Counted from the first letter of the stretch, positions 1 to 8,477 are shown. The stretch: DNA of 32,000 nt from Kineococcus radiotolerans SRS30216 = ATCC BAA-149 (GCF_000017305.1 NC_009664.2:1230001-1262000); one strand, 5' to 3'. Numbers and translations are program-made. Notes: generated by a model not told the origin, from the sequence alone.

Positions 1-1
1 C

Positions 2-343
2 GTCCACCAGGCGCGGGACCCGTGGGCCATGGCCGGCTTCTGGGGCCCCGTGTCCGGCTGGCGGACGGCGCGCTCGGGCGCGGGGGTGGTGGCGCTGCGG
101 GACGGGTCCACGGGGCCGTTCCTGGAGTTCGTCGCGTCCTCCACCCCGCACACGGTGAAGAACCGCTGGCACCCGGACGTGCGCGCGACCCGTTCCGGCC
201 GCGGCCGCGAGCGGGTGATCACCGAGGCGCTGGCGGCCGGGGCGCGCCCGGCCGACGTGGGTCAGGGCGCCGGGGTGCCCTGGACGGTCCTGGCCGACCC
301 GGAGGGCAACGAGTTCTGCGTGCTCTCCGGGGCCGTCGACTAG
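2..343 (+). CDS. VOC / glyoxalase-like domain protein (5' end probably cut by window edge)
   Basis: The frame is open from the window edge. The translation (FWGPVSGW ... KNRWHPDV ... VLADPEGNEFCVL) matches the signature I know from actinobacterial glyoxalase-like/VOC proteins. GC3 is high. The stop TAG at 341-343 overlaps the stop of the convergent qor-like gene. Confidence 0.6.
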   Translation, partial: VHQARDPWAMAGFWGPVSGWRTARSGAGVVALRDGSTGPFLEFVASSTPHTVKNRWHPDVRATRSGRGRERVITEALAAGARPADVGQGAGVPWTVLADPEGNEFCVLSGAVD

Positions 344-1305
344 GGCACCAGCAGCAGCTTGCCGGTGGTGCGGCGGCCCTCGAGGTCCTCGTGGGCCCGG
401 CGCGCCGCGGTCAGCGGGTAGGTGCCCCCGACCCGCACGTCCAGGCGCCCGGCGGTGATCCAGCCGAACACCTCCTCGGTGCGGGCGAGCAGCTCGGCGC
501 GGTCGCGGGTGTAGGACCTGAGCGTGGGCCGGGTGAGGAACAGCGACCCCTTCGCGTTCAGCCGCTGGACGTCGAAGGGCGGCACCTGCCCGCTGGACCC
601 GCCGAAGACGACCATCAGCCCGCGCGGGCGCAGGGCGTCCAGGCCGGCGTCGAAGGTGTCCCTCCCGACGCCGTCGTAGACGACGTCCACCCCGAGACCG
701 CCGGTGAGCTCCCGGGCCCGGGGGGTCGCCCCCGCGTAGCCCACGACGACGTCGTCGGCGCCGGCGGCGCGCGACAGCTCCGCCTTCGCCGGGGTGGAGA
801 CGGTGGTGAGGACGTTCGCCCCGCGCAGCTTGAGCACCTGGGTCAGCAGCAGCCCCACCCCGCCGGCCCCGGCGTGGACCAGCGCCCAGGTGCCCGCGGC
901 GGCGGGGAAGGTGTCGGTGGCCAGGTAGTGCGCGGTCAGGCCCTGCAGCAGCACCGCGGCCGCCGTGGTGGCCCCCACCGCCTCGGGGACGGGCACGAGC
1001 TCGGCGGCGGGCACCAGGACCTGCTCGGCGTAGCTGCCCGGCGCCTCCTTCCAGGCGACGAGCTGCCCCGCCGCGAACCCCTCGACGCCCGGCCCGGGGC
1101 GGGCTACCCGGCCCGCGCCCTCGCTGCCCAGGACGGCCGGGAGGTCCAGCGGGTAGACCCCGCCGCGGCGGTAGGTGTCGATGAAGTTGACGCCGGCGGC
1201 CTCCACGTCGACGAGGACCTGCCCCGGCCCGGGCTCCGGCGCGGGGAGGTCGGTGACGGTGAGGACCTCGGGTCCTCCGGTCCGGTCGATCCGCACGGCG
1301 CGCAC
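340..1305 (-). CDS. NADPH:quinone oxidoreductase, MDR/zinc-ADH superfamily (Qor-like)
   Basis: 321-aa ORF with N-terminal MRAV..GGPEVL, EAAGVNFID, GSEGAGRV and a nucleotide-binding HAGAGGVGLL motif, a typical quinone oxidoreductase layout. The opposite-strand ORFs are Arg/Pro-rich shadows. Confidence 0.85.
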   Translation of the reverse strand: MRAVRIDRTGGPEVLTVTDLPAPEPGPGQVLVDVEAAGVNFIDTYRRGGVYPLDLPAVLGSEGAGRVARPGPGVEGFAAGQLVAWKEAPGSYAEQVLVPAAELVPVPEAVGATTAAAVLLQGLTAHYLATDTFPAAAGTWALVHAGAGGVGLLLTQVLKLRGANVLTTVSTPAKAELSRAAGADDVVVGYAGATPRARELTGGLGVDVVYDGVGRDTFDAGLDALRPRGLMVVFGGSSGQVPPFDVQRLNAKGSLFLTRPTLRSYTRDRAELLARTEEVFGWITAGRLDVRVGGTYPLTAARRAHEDLEGRRTTGKLLLVP

Positions 1306-1369
1306 GGGACGAGCCTGCCAGAGGCGGGCCCGGCCCCCCGCGGTCGACCCGGCCCGCCGTCCCGGCGGG

Positions 1370-2425
1370 TCAGCCCCCGGAGCTCTCCCGGACCACCAGC
1401 CGCCCGCCCACGGTCAGCAGCCGTTCCGGGCCCTGGTGCCCGGCCAGGCGGTCCGCGAGCATCCCCAGGGCGAGGTCGGCCATCTCGGAGCGGTCCAGCG
1501 CGATGGAGGTGAGCGTGGGCGCGCTGTAGCGGGCCTGCTCGACGTCGTCGACGCCGACGACGGCGACGTCCTCGGGGACCCGGCGGCCCAGCTCGCGCAG
1601 CGCGTGCAGGGCGCCCACGGCGACGAGGTCGTTGGCGGCGAAGATCGCGTCGACGTCGGGGCGGGCGGCCAGCAGCGCCCGCGCCCCGTCGTAGCCGTGG
1701 CGCAGCTCCCACTCCGGCAGCGGCCACAGCAGCCCCGGGTCGAACTCCAGCCCGGCCCGCTGCAGGGCGTTGCGGTACCCCTCGATGCGCTGGGCCGCCA
1801 CCGGCGGGCGCAGCTCCTCCGAGGACTTGTCCCCGAGGAAGGCGATCCTCCGCCGGCCCGTCTCCAGCAGGTGCTGCACCCCGAGGTCGCCCAGCGCGAC
1901 GGAGTCGATGGTCACCCGGTCGTAGCCGGAGCCCTGCCCGTGCTCGCCGATGAGCACGGCCGGGGTGGAGTCGCGCCGCTGGGCCAGCTCCCCGCCGGGC
2001 ATGGTCAGCGGCACGAACACCAGCCCGTCGACCAGGCGCACCGGGAAGCCGTTGGCGACCTCGCGCTCGCGCTCCAGGTCGCCGTCGGTCTGCTCGACCA
2101 GCAGCGTGATCCCGCGCGCGCGGGCGGCGGTCACCAGCGCGGAGGTCAGCTCGCCGTAGTAGGGGCTGGTCACGTTCGGCAGCGCCAGCGCCACCAGGCC
2201 GGTGCGGCCCTGGCGCAGCTGGCGGCCGATCCCGTTGGGGCGGTAGTCGAGGCGCTCGATGACGACCTTGACGCGCTCGCGCATCTCGGGCCGCACGTGG
2301 GGGTGGTCGTTGACGACGTTGGAGACGGTCTTGATGGACACGCCCGCCGCTTCCGCGACGTCCCGCAGCGTCGTGGGCCGCGTGGTGGGGCGCAGCCCTG
2401 GTCGGCGGGTCGTCTCGGGAGGCAC
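1370..2425 (-). CDS. LacI family transcriptional regulator
   Basis: N-terminal HTH (TLRDVAEAAGVSIKTVSNVVN) is followed by a periplasmic-binding-protein-like sugar-binding core. GTG start at 2425. It is divergent from the arabinofuranosidase gene. Confidence 0.9.
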   Translation of the reverse strand: MPPETTRRPGLRPTTRPTTLRDVAEAAGVSIKTVSNVVNDHPHVRPEMRERVKVVIERLDYRPNGIGRQLRQGRTGLVALALPNVTSPYYGELTSALVTAARARGITLLVEQTDGDLEREREVANGFPVRLVDGLVFVPLTMPGGELAQRRDSTPAVLIGEHGQGSGYDRVTIDSVALGDLGVQHLLETGRRRIAFLGDKSSEELRPPVAAQRIEGYRNALQRAGLEFDPGLLWPLPEWELRHGYDGARALLAARPDVDAIFAANDLVAVGALHALRELGRRVPEDVAVVGVDDVEQARYSAPTLTSIALDRSEMADLALGMLADRLAGHQGPERLLTVGGRLVVRESSGG

Positions 2426-2481
2426 CGGGGCATTGTGCCACCGGGCACCTTGACGACGCCCCGGCTTTCGCGTTGACTGAC

Positions 2482-2495
2482 TTCCAACGTTGCAA
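2482..2495. promoter_or_regulatory. Candidate LacI-type operator palindrome TTCCAACGTTGCAA
   Basis: 14-bp palindrome with one symmetric mismatch pair around a perfect CAACGTTG core (central CG, as in LacI/GalR-family operators). It lies in the 118-bp divergent region between the LacI gene (start 2425) and abfA (start 2544). TTGAC strings occur at 2450 and 2473. Confidence 0.5.
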
Positions 2496-2543
2496 TCGCA
2501 CCGAAGCCCTCACACCGCCGTGACGCCAACCAGGAGACCACCC

Positions 2544-4055
2544 GTGCGCACCGCTCGTCTCGCCCTCGACCCCGCTTTCACCGTGGGGCCGGTCCCCCGC
2601 CGGCTGTTCGGCTCGTTCGTCGAGCACATGGGCCGCTGCGTCTACACCGGCATCTTCGAACCCGACCACCCGAGCGCGGACGAGGACGGCCTGCGCACCG
2701 ACGTGCTCGAGCTCACCAAGGAGATCGGGCCCACCGTCGTCCGCTACCCCGGCGGGAACTTCGTGTCCGGTTTCGAGTGGGAGGACTCCGTCGGCCCGCG
2801 CGAGGACCGCCCCCGCCGCATCGACCGCGCCTGGCGCTCGGTGGAGACCAACCAGTTCGGCCTCGCCGAGTTCGACGCCTGGGCCCGCAAGGTCGGCACC
2901 GAGACCATGATGGCCGTCAACCTCGGCACCCGCGGGCTGCAGGAGGCCTGCGACCTGCTCGAGTACACCAACCTGGACTCCGGCACGAAGTTCTCCGACC
3001 TGCGCAAGGCGCACGGCTCCAAGGACCCGTTCGACATCAAGCTGTGGTGCCTGGGCAACGAGCTCGACGGCCCCTGGCAGACCGGGCACAAGACGGCCGT
3101 GGAGTACGGCCGCCTCGCCGCCGAGACCGGCATGGCGATGCGCTCGATCGACCCGAGCATCGAACTCGTCGCGGTGGGTTCCTCCAGCCGCTCGATGCCG
3201 ACGTTCGGCGAGTGGGAGTCCACCGTCCTCGACCTCGCCTACCACGCGGTGGACTACGTCTCCTGCCACGCGTACTACGAGGAGAAGGAGGGCGACGTCG
3301 GGAACTTCCTGGCCTCCGCCGTCGACATGGACCTGTTCATCGAGCAGGTCGTCGCGACCGCGGACGCGGTGCGCGCCAAGGGCAAGCACTCCAAGAAGAT
3401 CAACCTGAGCTTCGACGAGTGGAACGTCTGGTACCAGAGCAAGCCGCACCACGCTGAGGGCGTGCAGCCGTGGGACGTCGCCCCGCGCGTCATCGAGGAC
3501 GAGTACTCCATCACCGACGCCGTCGTCGTCGGGACCCTGCTGAACTCGCTGCTGCGCCACAGCGACCGCGTGACGATCGGGGCGCAGGCCCAGCTCGTCA
3601 ACGTCATCGGCCTGCTGCGCAGCGAACCGGGCGGCGACGCCTGGAAGCAGACCATCGCCCACCCCTTCGAGCAGGTCCGTCGCCTGGCGAGCGGGAACGT
3701 CCTGCAGGTCGTCGCCCAGTCCGACAAGTACGAGAGCTCGAACTTCGGGGGCGTCGACGTCGTCGACGCGTCGGCCACCTGGGACGAGGAGACCCTCACC
3801 CTGTTCCTGGCCAACCGCGACCTGACGGAACCGGCGTCCGTGGACGTCGCGCTGCGCGGTTTCGGCGTGGACCGCGTCAGCAGCGCGAAGGTGCTCGCCG
3901 CCACCGAGGGCCAGGACCGGCACACGACGAACGCGACGGGCGACCACCAGCAGGTCGGGCTGCGCCCGCTCGAGGACGTCAGCGTCACCGACGGCACCGC
4001 GACCGTCGTGCTGCCCCCGCTGTCCTGGGCGGTCGTCCAACTGCGCAAGGGCTGA
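2544..4055 (+). CDS. abfA: alpha-L-arabinofuranosidase, glycoside hydrolase family 51
   Basis: GH51 hallmarks are present: FGSFVEHMGRCVYTGIFEP, RYPGGNFVSGFEWEDSVGP, acid/base region WCLGNELDGPWQ and nucleophile region LSFDEWNVWY. I prefer the GTG at 2544 (AGGAGA 7 nt upstream) over the tracked 2490 start. Confidence 0.9.
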   Translation: MRTARLALDPAFTVGPVPRRLFGSFVEHMGRCVYTGIFEPDHPSADEDGLRTDVLELTKEIGPTVVRYPGGNFVSGFEWEDSVGPREDRPRRIDRAWRSVETNQFGLAEFDAWARKVGTETMMAVNLGTRGLQEACDLLEYTNLDSGTKFSDLRKAHGSKDPFDIKLWCLGNELDGPWQTGHKTAVEYGRLAAETGMAMRSIDPSIELVAVGSSSRSMPTFGEWESTVLDLAYHAVDYVSCHAYYEEKEGDVGNFLASAVDMDLFIEQVVATADAVRAKGKHSKKINLSFDEWNVWYQSKPHHAEGVQPWDVAPRVIEDEYSITDAVVVGTLLNSLLRHSDRVTIGAQAQLVNVIGLLRSEPGGDAWKQTIAHPFEQVRRLASGNVLQVVAQSDKYESSNFGGVDVVDASATWDEETLTLFLANRDLTEPASVDVALRGFGVDRVSSAKVLAATEGQDRHTTNATGDHQQVGLRPLEDVSVTDGTATVVLPPLSWAVVQLRKG

Positions 4056-4421
4056 TCACCCCAGCTCGGCCAGCCTCCGGCGCAGCAGTTCGGGGAGTTC
4101 GATCGACTCCCCGTCCCGCGCGCCGCGGCCGACCTGCCAGGGCGGTTCCGCGGGGTCCGGCGAGACCCCGCGGAACCGCCCGGCCAGGCTGGGCGCCACG
4201 TCCAGGACGTAGTACTCCCCCGCCGGGCCCACCCCGAGGGAGCCGTCGGCCCGCAGGTACCAGCCAACCCGGTCGGTGCGGTAGCGCGCCGAGCCCGCCC
4301 GCGCCCTCAGCGGGCCGGGCGCGACCCCGCGCCGCAGGAGTTCCGCCGCGAACGCCGCCAGCGCCGCCCGCGCGCGGGCGGTCTCGGCCGCCCGGGCCCG
4401 GGCCCACCACTCGTCGCTCAC
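4056..4421 (-). CDS. hypothetical protein (121 aa), downstream of and co-oriented with the nuclease gene
   Basis: This is the C-terminal part of the tracked ORF 4056-6104. The first start codon after the nuclease stop is the in-frame GTG at 4421. GC3 is strongly G/C-biased and I recognise no domain. The stop abuts the abfA stop with no spacer. Confidence 0.55.
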   Translation of the reverse strand: MSDEWWARARAAETARARAALAAFAAELLRRGVAPGPLRARAGSARYRTDRVGWYLRADGSLGVGPAGEYYVLDVAPSLAGRFRGVSPDPAEPPWQVGRGARDGESIELPELLRRRLAELG

Positions 4422-4453
4422 GGGCCCATCCTGCGCGGGGCGCCGGGCCCCCG

Positions 4454-5386
4454 CTACAGCAGCAGGTCCCCCGCCCCCGCGACCGGGCGCCACAGCGGCA
4501 CCCCGTCCCCGGGCGCCGCCGCCGGGACCAGTCCCGGCATCCGGTCCGCGGCCACGAGGGGGCCGAAGTCCAGGGCGGTGAGGTCGGCGACGTCGGCGAC
4601 CGGGACCTGGAAGGTGCGGAACCCCCCGAGGACGGGGACCTCGCGCGCCCGGGCGGACCCGACGATCTCCTCCACCAGCGGGGTCTGGTCCAGGACGAAC
4701 CCCGCGGTGGCGAGCACCGACACCTCCCCGCTGGGGTCGAGGTCGACCGGCTGCGGGAGCAGGTAGGCGGCGATCTTGTAGAACCGGCGCGGGATCCGCA
4801 CCCCGCGGTACTCCGGGTCGTCGTCGGCGAAGACCGGCCCGGTCACGACGACGAGGCGCTGGTCCCACTGCCGCGCGTAGGCCAGGACGTGGTCCTCCAG
4901 CCCCAGCCACAGGTCCAGGGACTGGTTGAAGCGGGCGGCCTGCGGGGCGGCGTTGGTGTACGAGAACGTGTCCGCGTTCGCCTCCCGGGCCTGCTGCCCC
5001 CAGACCGGGTCGCGCCGGCGGACGAGGTGCCCGCGGTCGAAGTCGTTGCGGGCGTACAGCTCGGCGCCGGCCTGCTCGTCGGGGGCGAGCCGCGGGTCGA
5101 GGAACCAGTCGTCCCCGCCGCGGTCGACGTCGACGAGGCTCGCCCCGTCCACGGCCACGACGGTCGCGGCCGCGAGCCGGCGGTCCGGGCGCTGCACCAC
5201 GGAGAAGTGGGTGTAGGGCAGGACCACCACCTCGGTGCCGTCGACGGGCTCGGGCAGCGGGATCCAGGGGCCGGGGGCCAGGAACCGCGGGTCGTAGCCG
5301 GTGCGCCCGGTGAGTCCGGCTCCGTCCGCCCGGTGGACCTCGGGGGCGGGGGCCAGTTCCGTCTCGTCCATCTCCCGAGACTGCAC
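4454..5386 (-). CDS. DNA/RNA non-specific endonuclease (Serratia nuclease / EndoG beta-beta-alpha-Me family)
   Basis: Catalytic DRGH motif (NDFDRGHLVRR), a downstream NAAPQ..FNQ metal-ligand region and the family-typical YTHFSV segment. No hydrophobic signal peptide or twin-arginine motif at the N-terminus. The start is uncertain (GTG 5386 or ATG 5371). Confidence 0.85.
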   Translation of the reverse strand: MQSREMDETELAPAPEVHRADGAGLTGRTGYDPRFLAPGPWIPLPEPVDGTEVVVLPYTHFSVVQRPDRRLAAATVVAVDGASLVDVDRGGDDWFLDPRLAPDEQAGAELYARNDFDRGHLVRRRDPVWGQQAREANADTFSYTNAAPQAARFNQSLDLWLGLEDHVLAYARQWDQRLVVVTGPVFADDDPEYRGVRIPRRFYKIAAYLLPQPVDLDPSGEVSVLATAGFVLDQTPLVEEIVGSARAREVPVLGGFRTFQVPVADVADLTALDFGPLVAADRMPGLVPAAAPGDGVPLWRPVAGAGDLLL

Positions 5387-5455
5387 CCGGGCACCGACAC
5401 CGGGCCCGCGGACCGGTGACGGGAGGGTGTCGGCTCAGCGCACGCTGGGCGAACG

Positions 5456-5483
5456 GGTCCGGGGTCCGCGGTCCGTGGTCCGG
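5456..5483. repeat. Four perfect tandem heptamers GGTCCGN
   Basis: ggtccgg ggtccgc ggtccgt ggtccgg read directly from the sequence. They lie in the divergent intergenic region between the nuclease gene (start 5386) and the hypothetical gene (start about 5556). Confidence 0.8.
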
Positions 5484-5555
5484 GAGGCTCAAGGAACCGG
5501 TGCCCCGTGACGAGGACACCTCATCGGACGGGCACGGCGCCCCCGACGCGGAAGG

Positions 5556-6158
5556 GTGGAGCGCGTGCGTGTGAGTCGGGCCCTGGTGCTGCTCCCCGTC
5601 CCGTCCGCGGACCTGCCCGGGCTCGAGCCGTGCCTGGAGCACCTGGTGGCCGCGGCCGACGAGGCCTCCGCCGCGGGGATCCCGACCTCGCTCGTGCTCG
5701 CCACCTCCGCGGACCCCGCGGACCTGGCCGCCCTCCTCGCCGAGTGGACCCCGCTGGTCGCCCTGCTGGAGGACGTGGACCTGACCGTGGACCTCCACCC
5801 GGCCACCGCCGCCTCGCGCGAGGAGCTGCGCGAGCGCGGCGCCCGGGCGCTGACGGCGCTGGCCGACCCCGGCGGCACCGTCGTCCTCACGACGACGTGC
5901 GACGTGGGGGTGGGACCGGGCTGGATCGCCGAGCACGTGCGCCACCACCGGGCGGGGGCCGCGGCCAGCACCGGCCCGGTCCGCGGCACCGGGGACGTGC
6001 ACGAGACGACCGCCAACCTGGCCGTGCGGGCCGACCTGCTGCCCGCCGGCGCGTTCTCGCCCGGCGGGCCGCAGCTCCCCGGCGCCGGGCGCCGGTTCGT
6101 CCACGCGCTGACCCCCGTCGTGGCGACCTTCCGGGTCATGCTCCCGGCGTCTCCCTGA
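5556..6158 (+). CDS. hypothetical protein, weakly GT-A/glycosyltransferase-2-like
   Basis: 200-aa ORF with high GC3. The layout (ALVLLPVPSADLPGLEPCLEHL ... TTTCDVGVGPGWIAEHVRHHRAGA) resembles actinobacterial family-2 glycosyltransferase-like proteins, but TCD replaces the usual DxD. An alternative GTG at 5565 has GGAAGGG upstream. The 3' end overlaps the convergent padR by 23 bp. Confidence 0.5.
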   Translation: MERVRVSRALVLLPVPSADLPGLEPCLEHLVAAADEASAAGIPTSLVLATSADPADLAALLAEWTPLVALLEDVDLTVDLHPATAASREELRERGARALTALADPGGTVVLTTTCDVGVGPGWIAEHVRHHRAGAAASTGPVRGTGDVHETTANLAVRADLLPAGAFSPGGPQLPGAGRRFVHALTPVVATFRVMLPASP

Positions 6159-6795
6159 GGTCCTCGGCGAGGATCGCGAGCAGTTCCCGCCGCGCCTTCT
6201 CCAGCACGTCGCCGGCCCGGTCCAGGTCGCCGGGGCGACCCGACACCACGATCTGCTGGTAGGTCATGGCGATCGAGGCGATCTGCTTGCGCAGCTGGTG
6301 CGAGCGCTCGCGGTGGTCGCCGCCGCCGCCGCCGAGGTCCTCCCACGGCGGCGGGGTCCGGGAGTATTCCGCCTCGACGTGGCGGCGCCCCTCCTCGGTC
6401 AGGGTGAACTGCTTGGGGTCCGCGGGGTCGGCGGTGACCAGCCCCTCGTCCTGGAGCTGCTGCAGGGTGGGGTAGACCGAGCCGGGGCTCGGCTTCCACT
6501 CCCCGTCGCTGCGGCGGGTGACCTCGCCGATGATGCGGTACCCGTTGCTGGGCCCCTCGGCCAGCAAAACCAGCACGGCCGCCCGCACGTCGCCGCGCGG
6601 GCGCCGGCCCCCGCCGCGGCCGAACCCCCGGGGCCCGCGGCCCTCGAAGAAGCCCGGCACGTCGAACCCCGGGAAGCCCGGGAACCCGGGGAACCCCGGG
6701 CCGCCGGGACCACCGCCGGGGCGGTGACCCCGCTCGTGGCCGCGTCCGTGCTCCCCGTGACCGCCCCACGGGCCGTCGAACCTGATGCCCCTCAT
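6136..6795 (-). CDS. PadR family transcriptional regulator with Gly/Pro-rich N-terminal extension
   Basis: ATG at 6795 is preceded by GGAGG. The PadR winged helix is RGDVRAAVLVLLAEGPSNGYRIIGEV...WKPSPGSVYPTLQQLQDEGLV. The tracked ORF extension to 7857 is Arg/Gly-rich shadow overlapping the deacylase gene. Confidence 0.85.
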   Translation of the reverse strand: MRGIRFDGPWGGHGEHGRGHERGHRPGGGPGGPGFPGFPGFPGFDVPGFFEGRGPRGFGRGGGRRPRGDVRAAVLVLLAEGPSNGYRIIGEVTRRSDGEWKPSPGSVYPTLQQLQDEGLVTADPADPKQFTLTEEGRRHVEAEYSRTPPPWEDLGGGGGDHRERSHQLRKQIASIAMTYQQIVVSGRPGDLDRAGDVLEKARRELLAILAEDLRETPGA

Positions 6796-6839
6796 GACGC
6801 ACCTCCGTCTCGTCGCGCGACCGAGCGCCTCGCGATGCT

Positions 6840-8477
6840 TCAACGATATATCGCTATGGCTCGGAAGGGAAGAGGGTGTCCGGGGTGCCGGTGCCGCAGC
6901 GCCCGCCCCGGCACCGCCCCGGTGCGCACGCCGTCGGCCACGACCGGGACCCCGCCCACGAGCACGTGCGGGATCCCCACCGCCGGCCGGCGGGGTTCCT
7001 CGAACGTCGCCCCCGCCGCCACCGTCCCGGGGTCGAACAGCACCAGGTCGGCCACCGCCCCCGGGCGCAGCACCCCCCGGTCGCCCAGGCCGAGCCGCCG
7101 CGCCGGGCGGGAGGTCAGGTGCGCGACGCACTCCTCCAGGCCGAGGACGCCCTCCTCGCGGACGTAGTGGCCGAGGTAGTACGGGAACGTCCCCCAGGCC
7201 CGCGGGTGGGGCCGGCCCCCCACGAGCAGGCCGTCGCTGCCGCCGGTGTGGCGGGGATGGGTCATGATGGCGCGCACGTTCTCCTCGTGACCGACGTGCT
7301 GCAGGACCGTCGTCCCCAGCCGGTCCCGGACCAGCACGTCGACGAACACGTCGAACGGGTCCCGCCCGGACGCCGCGGCCAGCTCCGCGACGGTGGACCC
7401 GACCAGTCCGGACAGTTCCCCGTGGCGCACCCCCGACACCTGCAGCGTGGCCCAGTCGGCGACGACCCCGTGGCACCCGTCGGACCCCTCGACCTCCAGC
7501 GCGTGCCGGACGCGTTCGCGCGCCGCGGGGTCCCCCAGCCGGCGCAGGGTCTCGGCGGGCCCGCCGGCCGACGCCCAGCTCGGCAGGACCGCGGCCAGCG
7601 TCGTCGACCCCGGCAGGTAGGGGTAGGTGTCCAGGGTGACGTCGACCCCGTCGGCGAGGGCGGCGTCGACGAGACCCAGGAACTCCCCGGCCCGCCCGGC
7701 GTTGACCGCGAAGTTCATCGTGGCGTGGGTCAGGTGCAGGGCCACCCCCGAGCGCCGGGCCACCTCCACGACCTCGGCGTAGGCCTCCAGCGCCCCCCGC
7801 CCGTAGGAGCGCTGGTGCGGGGCGTAGAAACCCCCGTGCGCGGCGACGACCTCGCACAGCGCGACGAGCTCGTCGGTGCCGGCGTACATCCCGGGGACGT
7901 AGGTGAGCCCGCTGGACATCCCGAAGGCACCCTCGGCCATGCCCGTCGCGACCAGGGACCGCATGCGCCGCAGCTCCTCCGGGGTCGCCGCCCGGTCCTC
8001 CGTCCCCACGACGACCATCCGGACGGTGCCCTGCGGCACGAGGTACGCGACGTTCACCGCGGCCCCGCGGTCGACGCGGTCCAGGTACTCCCCCACGCCG
8101 CGCCAGTCCCAGTCCAGGTCGGGAACCCCGTTCCAGCCGGCGAGCTGCTCGCGCAGGACGTCCAGGGCGGCGTCGTCGACGGGGGCGTAGCTCAGCCCGT
8201 CCTGCCCGACGACCTCGGTCGTCACCCCCTGCGTGGTCTTCGCGAGGTGCTCGGGGTCGGTGAGCACGGCGAGGTCGGAGTGGGCGTGCATGTCGACGAA
8301 CCCCGGGGCCAGGACGAGCCCGGCCGCGTCCAGGACCCGGGCCCCCGCCGCCCCGGCCACCTCGCCGAGCTCCGCGATCCGGCCGTCGACGACGAGCGCG
8401 TCCCCGCGGTACCCCGCGGCCCCGGTGCCGTCGACGATGCGCGCGCCCCGGATCAGCAGGTCCCGCGCGGACCTCAC
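6840..8477 (-). CDS. N-acyl-D-amino-acid deacylase (D-aminoacylase), amidohydrolase superfamily
   Basis: 545 aa with LIRGARIVDGTG, a metal-binding APGFVDMHAHSD motif and D-aminoacylase-like core and C-terminal beta domain. The GTG start at 8477 overlaps the upstream gene stop (GTGA). Confidence 0.85.
   Translation of the reverse strand: MRSARDLLIRGARIVDGTGAAGYRGDALVVDGRIAELGEVAGAAGARVLDAAGLVLAPGFVDMHAHSDLAVLTDPEHLAKTTQGVTTEVVGQDGLSYAPVDDAALDVLREQLAGWNGVPDLDWDWRGVGEYLDRVDRGAAVNVAYLVPQGTVRMVVVGTEDRAATPEELRRMRSLVATGMAEGAFGMSSGLTYVPGMYAGTDELVALCEVVAAHGGFYAPHQRSYGRGALEAYAEVVEVARRSGVALHLTHATMNFAVNAGRAGEFLGLVDAALADGVDVTLDTYPYLPGSTTLAAVLPSWASAGGPAETLRRLGDPAARERVRHALEVEGSDGCHGVVADWATLQVSGVRHGELSGLVGSTVAELAAASGRDPFDVFVDVLVRDRLGTTVLQHVGHEENVRAIMTHPRHTGGSDGLLVGGRPHPRAWGTFPYYLGHYVREEGVLGLEECVAHLTSRPARRLGLGDRGVLRPGAVADLVLFDPGTVAAGATFEEPRRPAVGIPHVLVGGVPVVADGVRTGAVPGRALRHRHPGHPLPFRAIAIYR
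6844..6853. promoter_or_regulatory. AT-rich perfect palindrome CGATATATCG upstream of padR
   Basis: Perfect 10-bp palindrome forming a local AT island in otherwise GC-rich DNA. It sits about 50 nt upstream of the padR ATG, inside the last codons of the deacylase gene, which use rare ATA/TAT codons. Confidence 0.35.

Noticed and set aside
22-4040. Long tracked ORFs 22-1512 (+), 1104-4040 (-), 1175-2476 (+) and 2777-3457 (+)
   Set aside because: Their translations are Arg/Pro/Gly/Ala low-complexity strings typical of off-frame or antisense reading of very GC-rich genes. Each is fully overlapped by an ORF with clear family motifs (Qor-like, LacI, GH51).
3275-6104. ORFs 3275-4267 (-), 3470-5419 (+), 3985-4410 (-), 4843-5400 (-), and the N-terminal 560 aa of 4056-6104 (-)
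   Set aside because: These are shadow frames over abfA, the nuclease gene and the 5556-6158 gene. Only the last 121 codons of 4056-6104, after the nuclease stop, behave like a gene.
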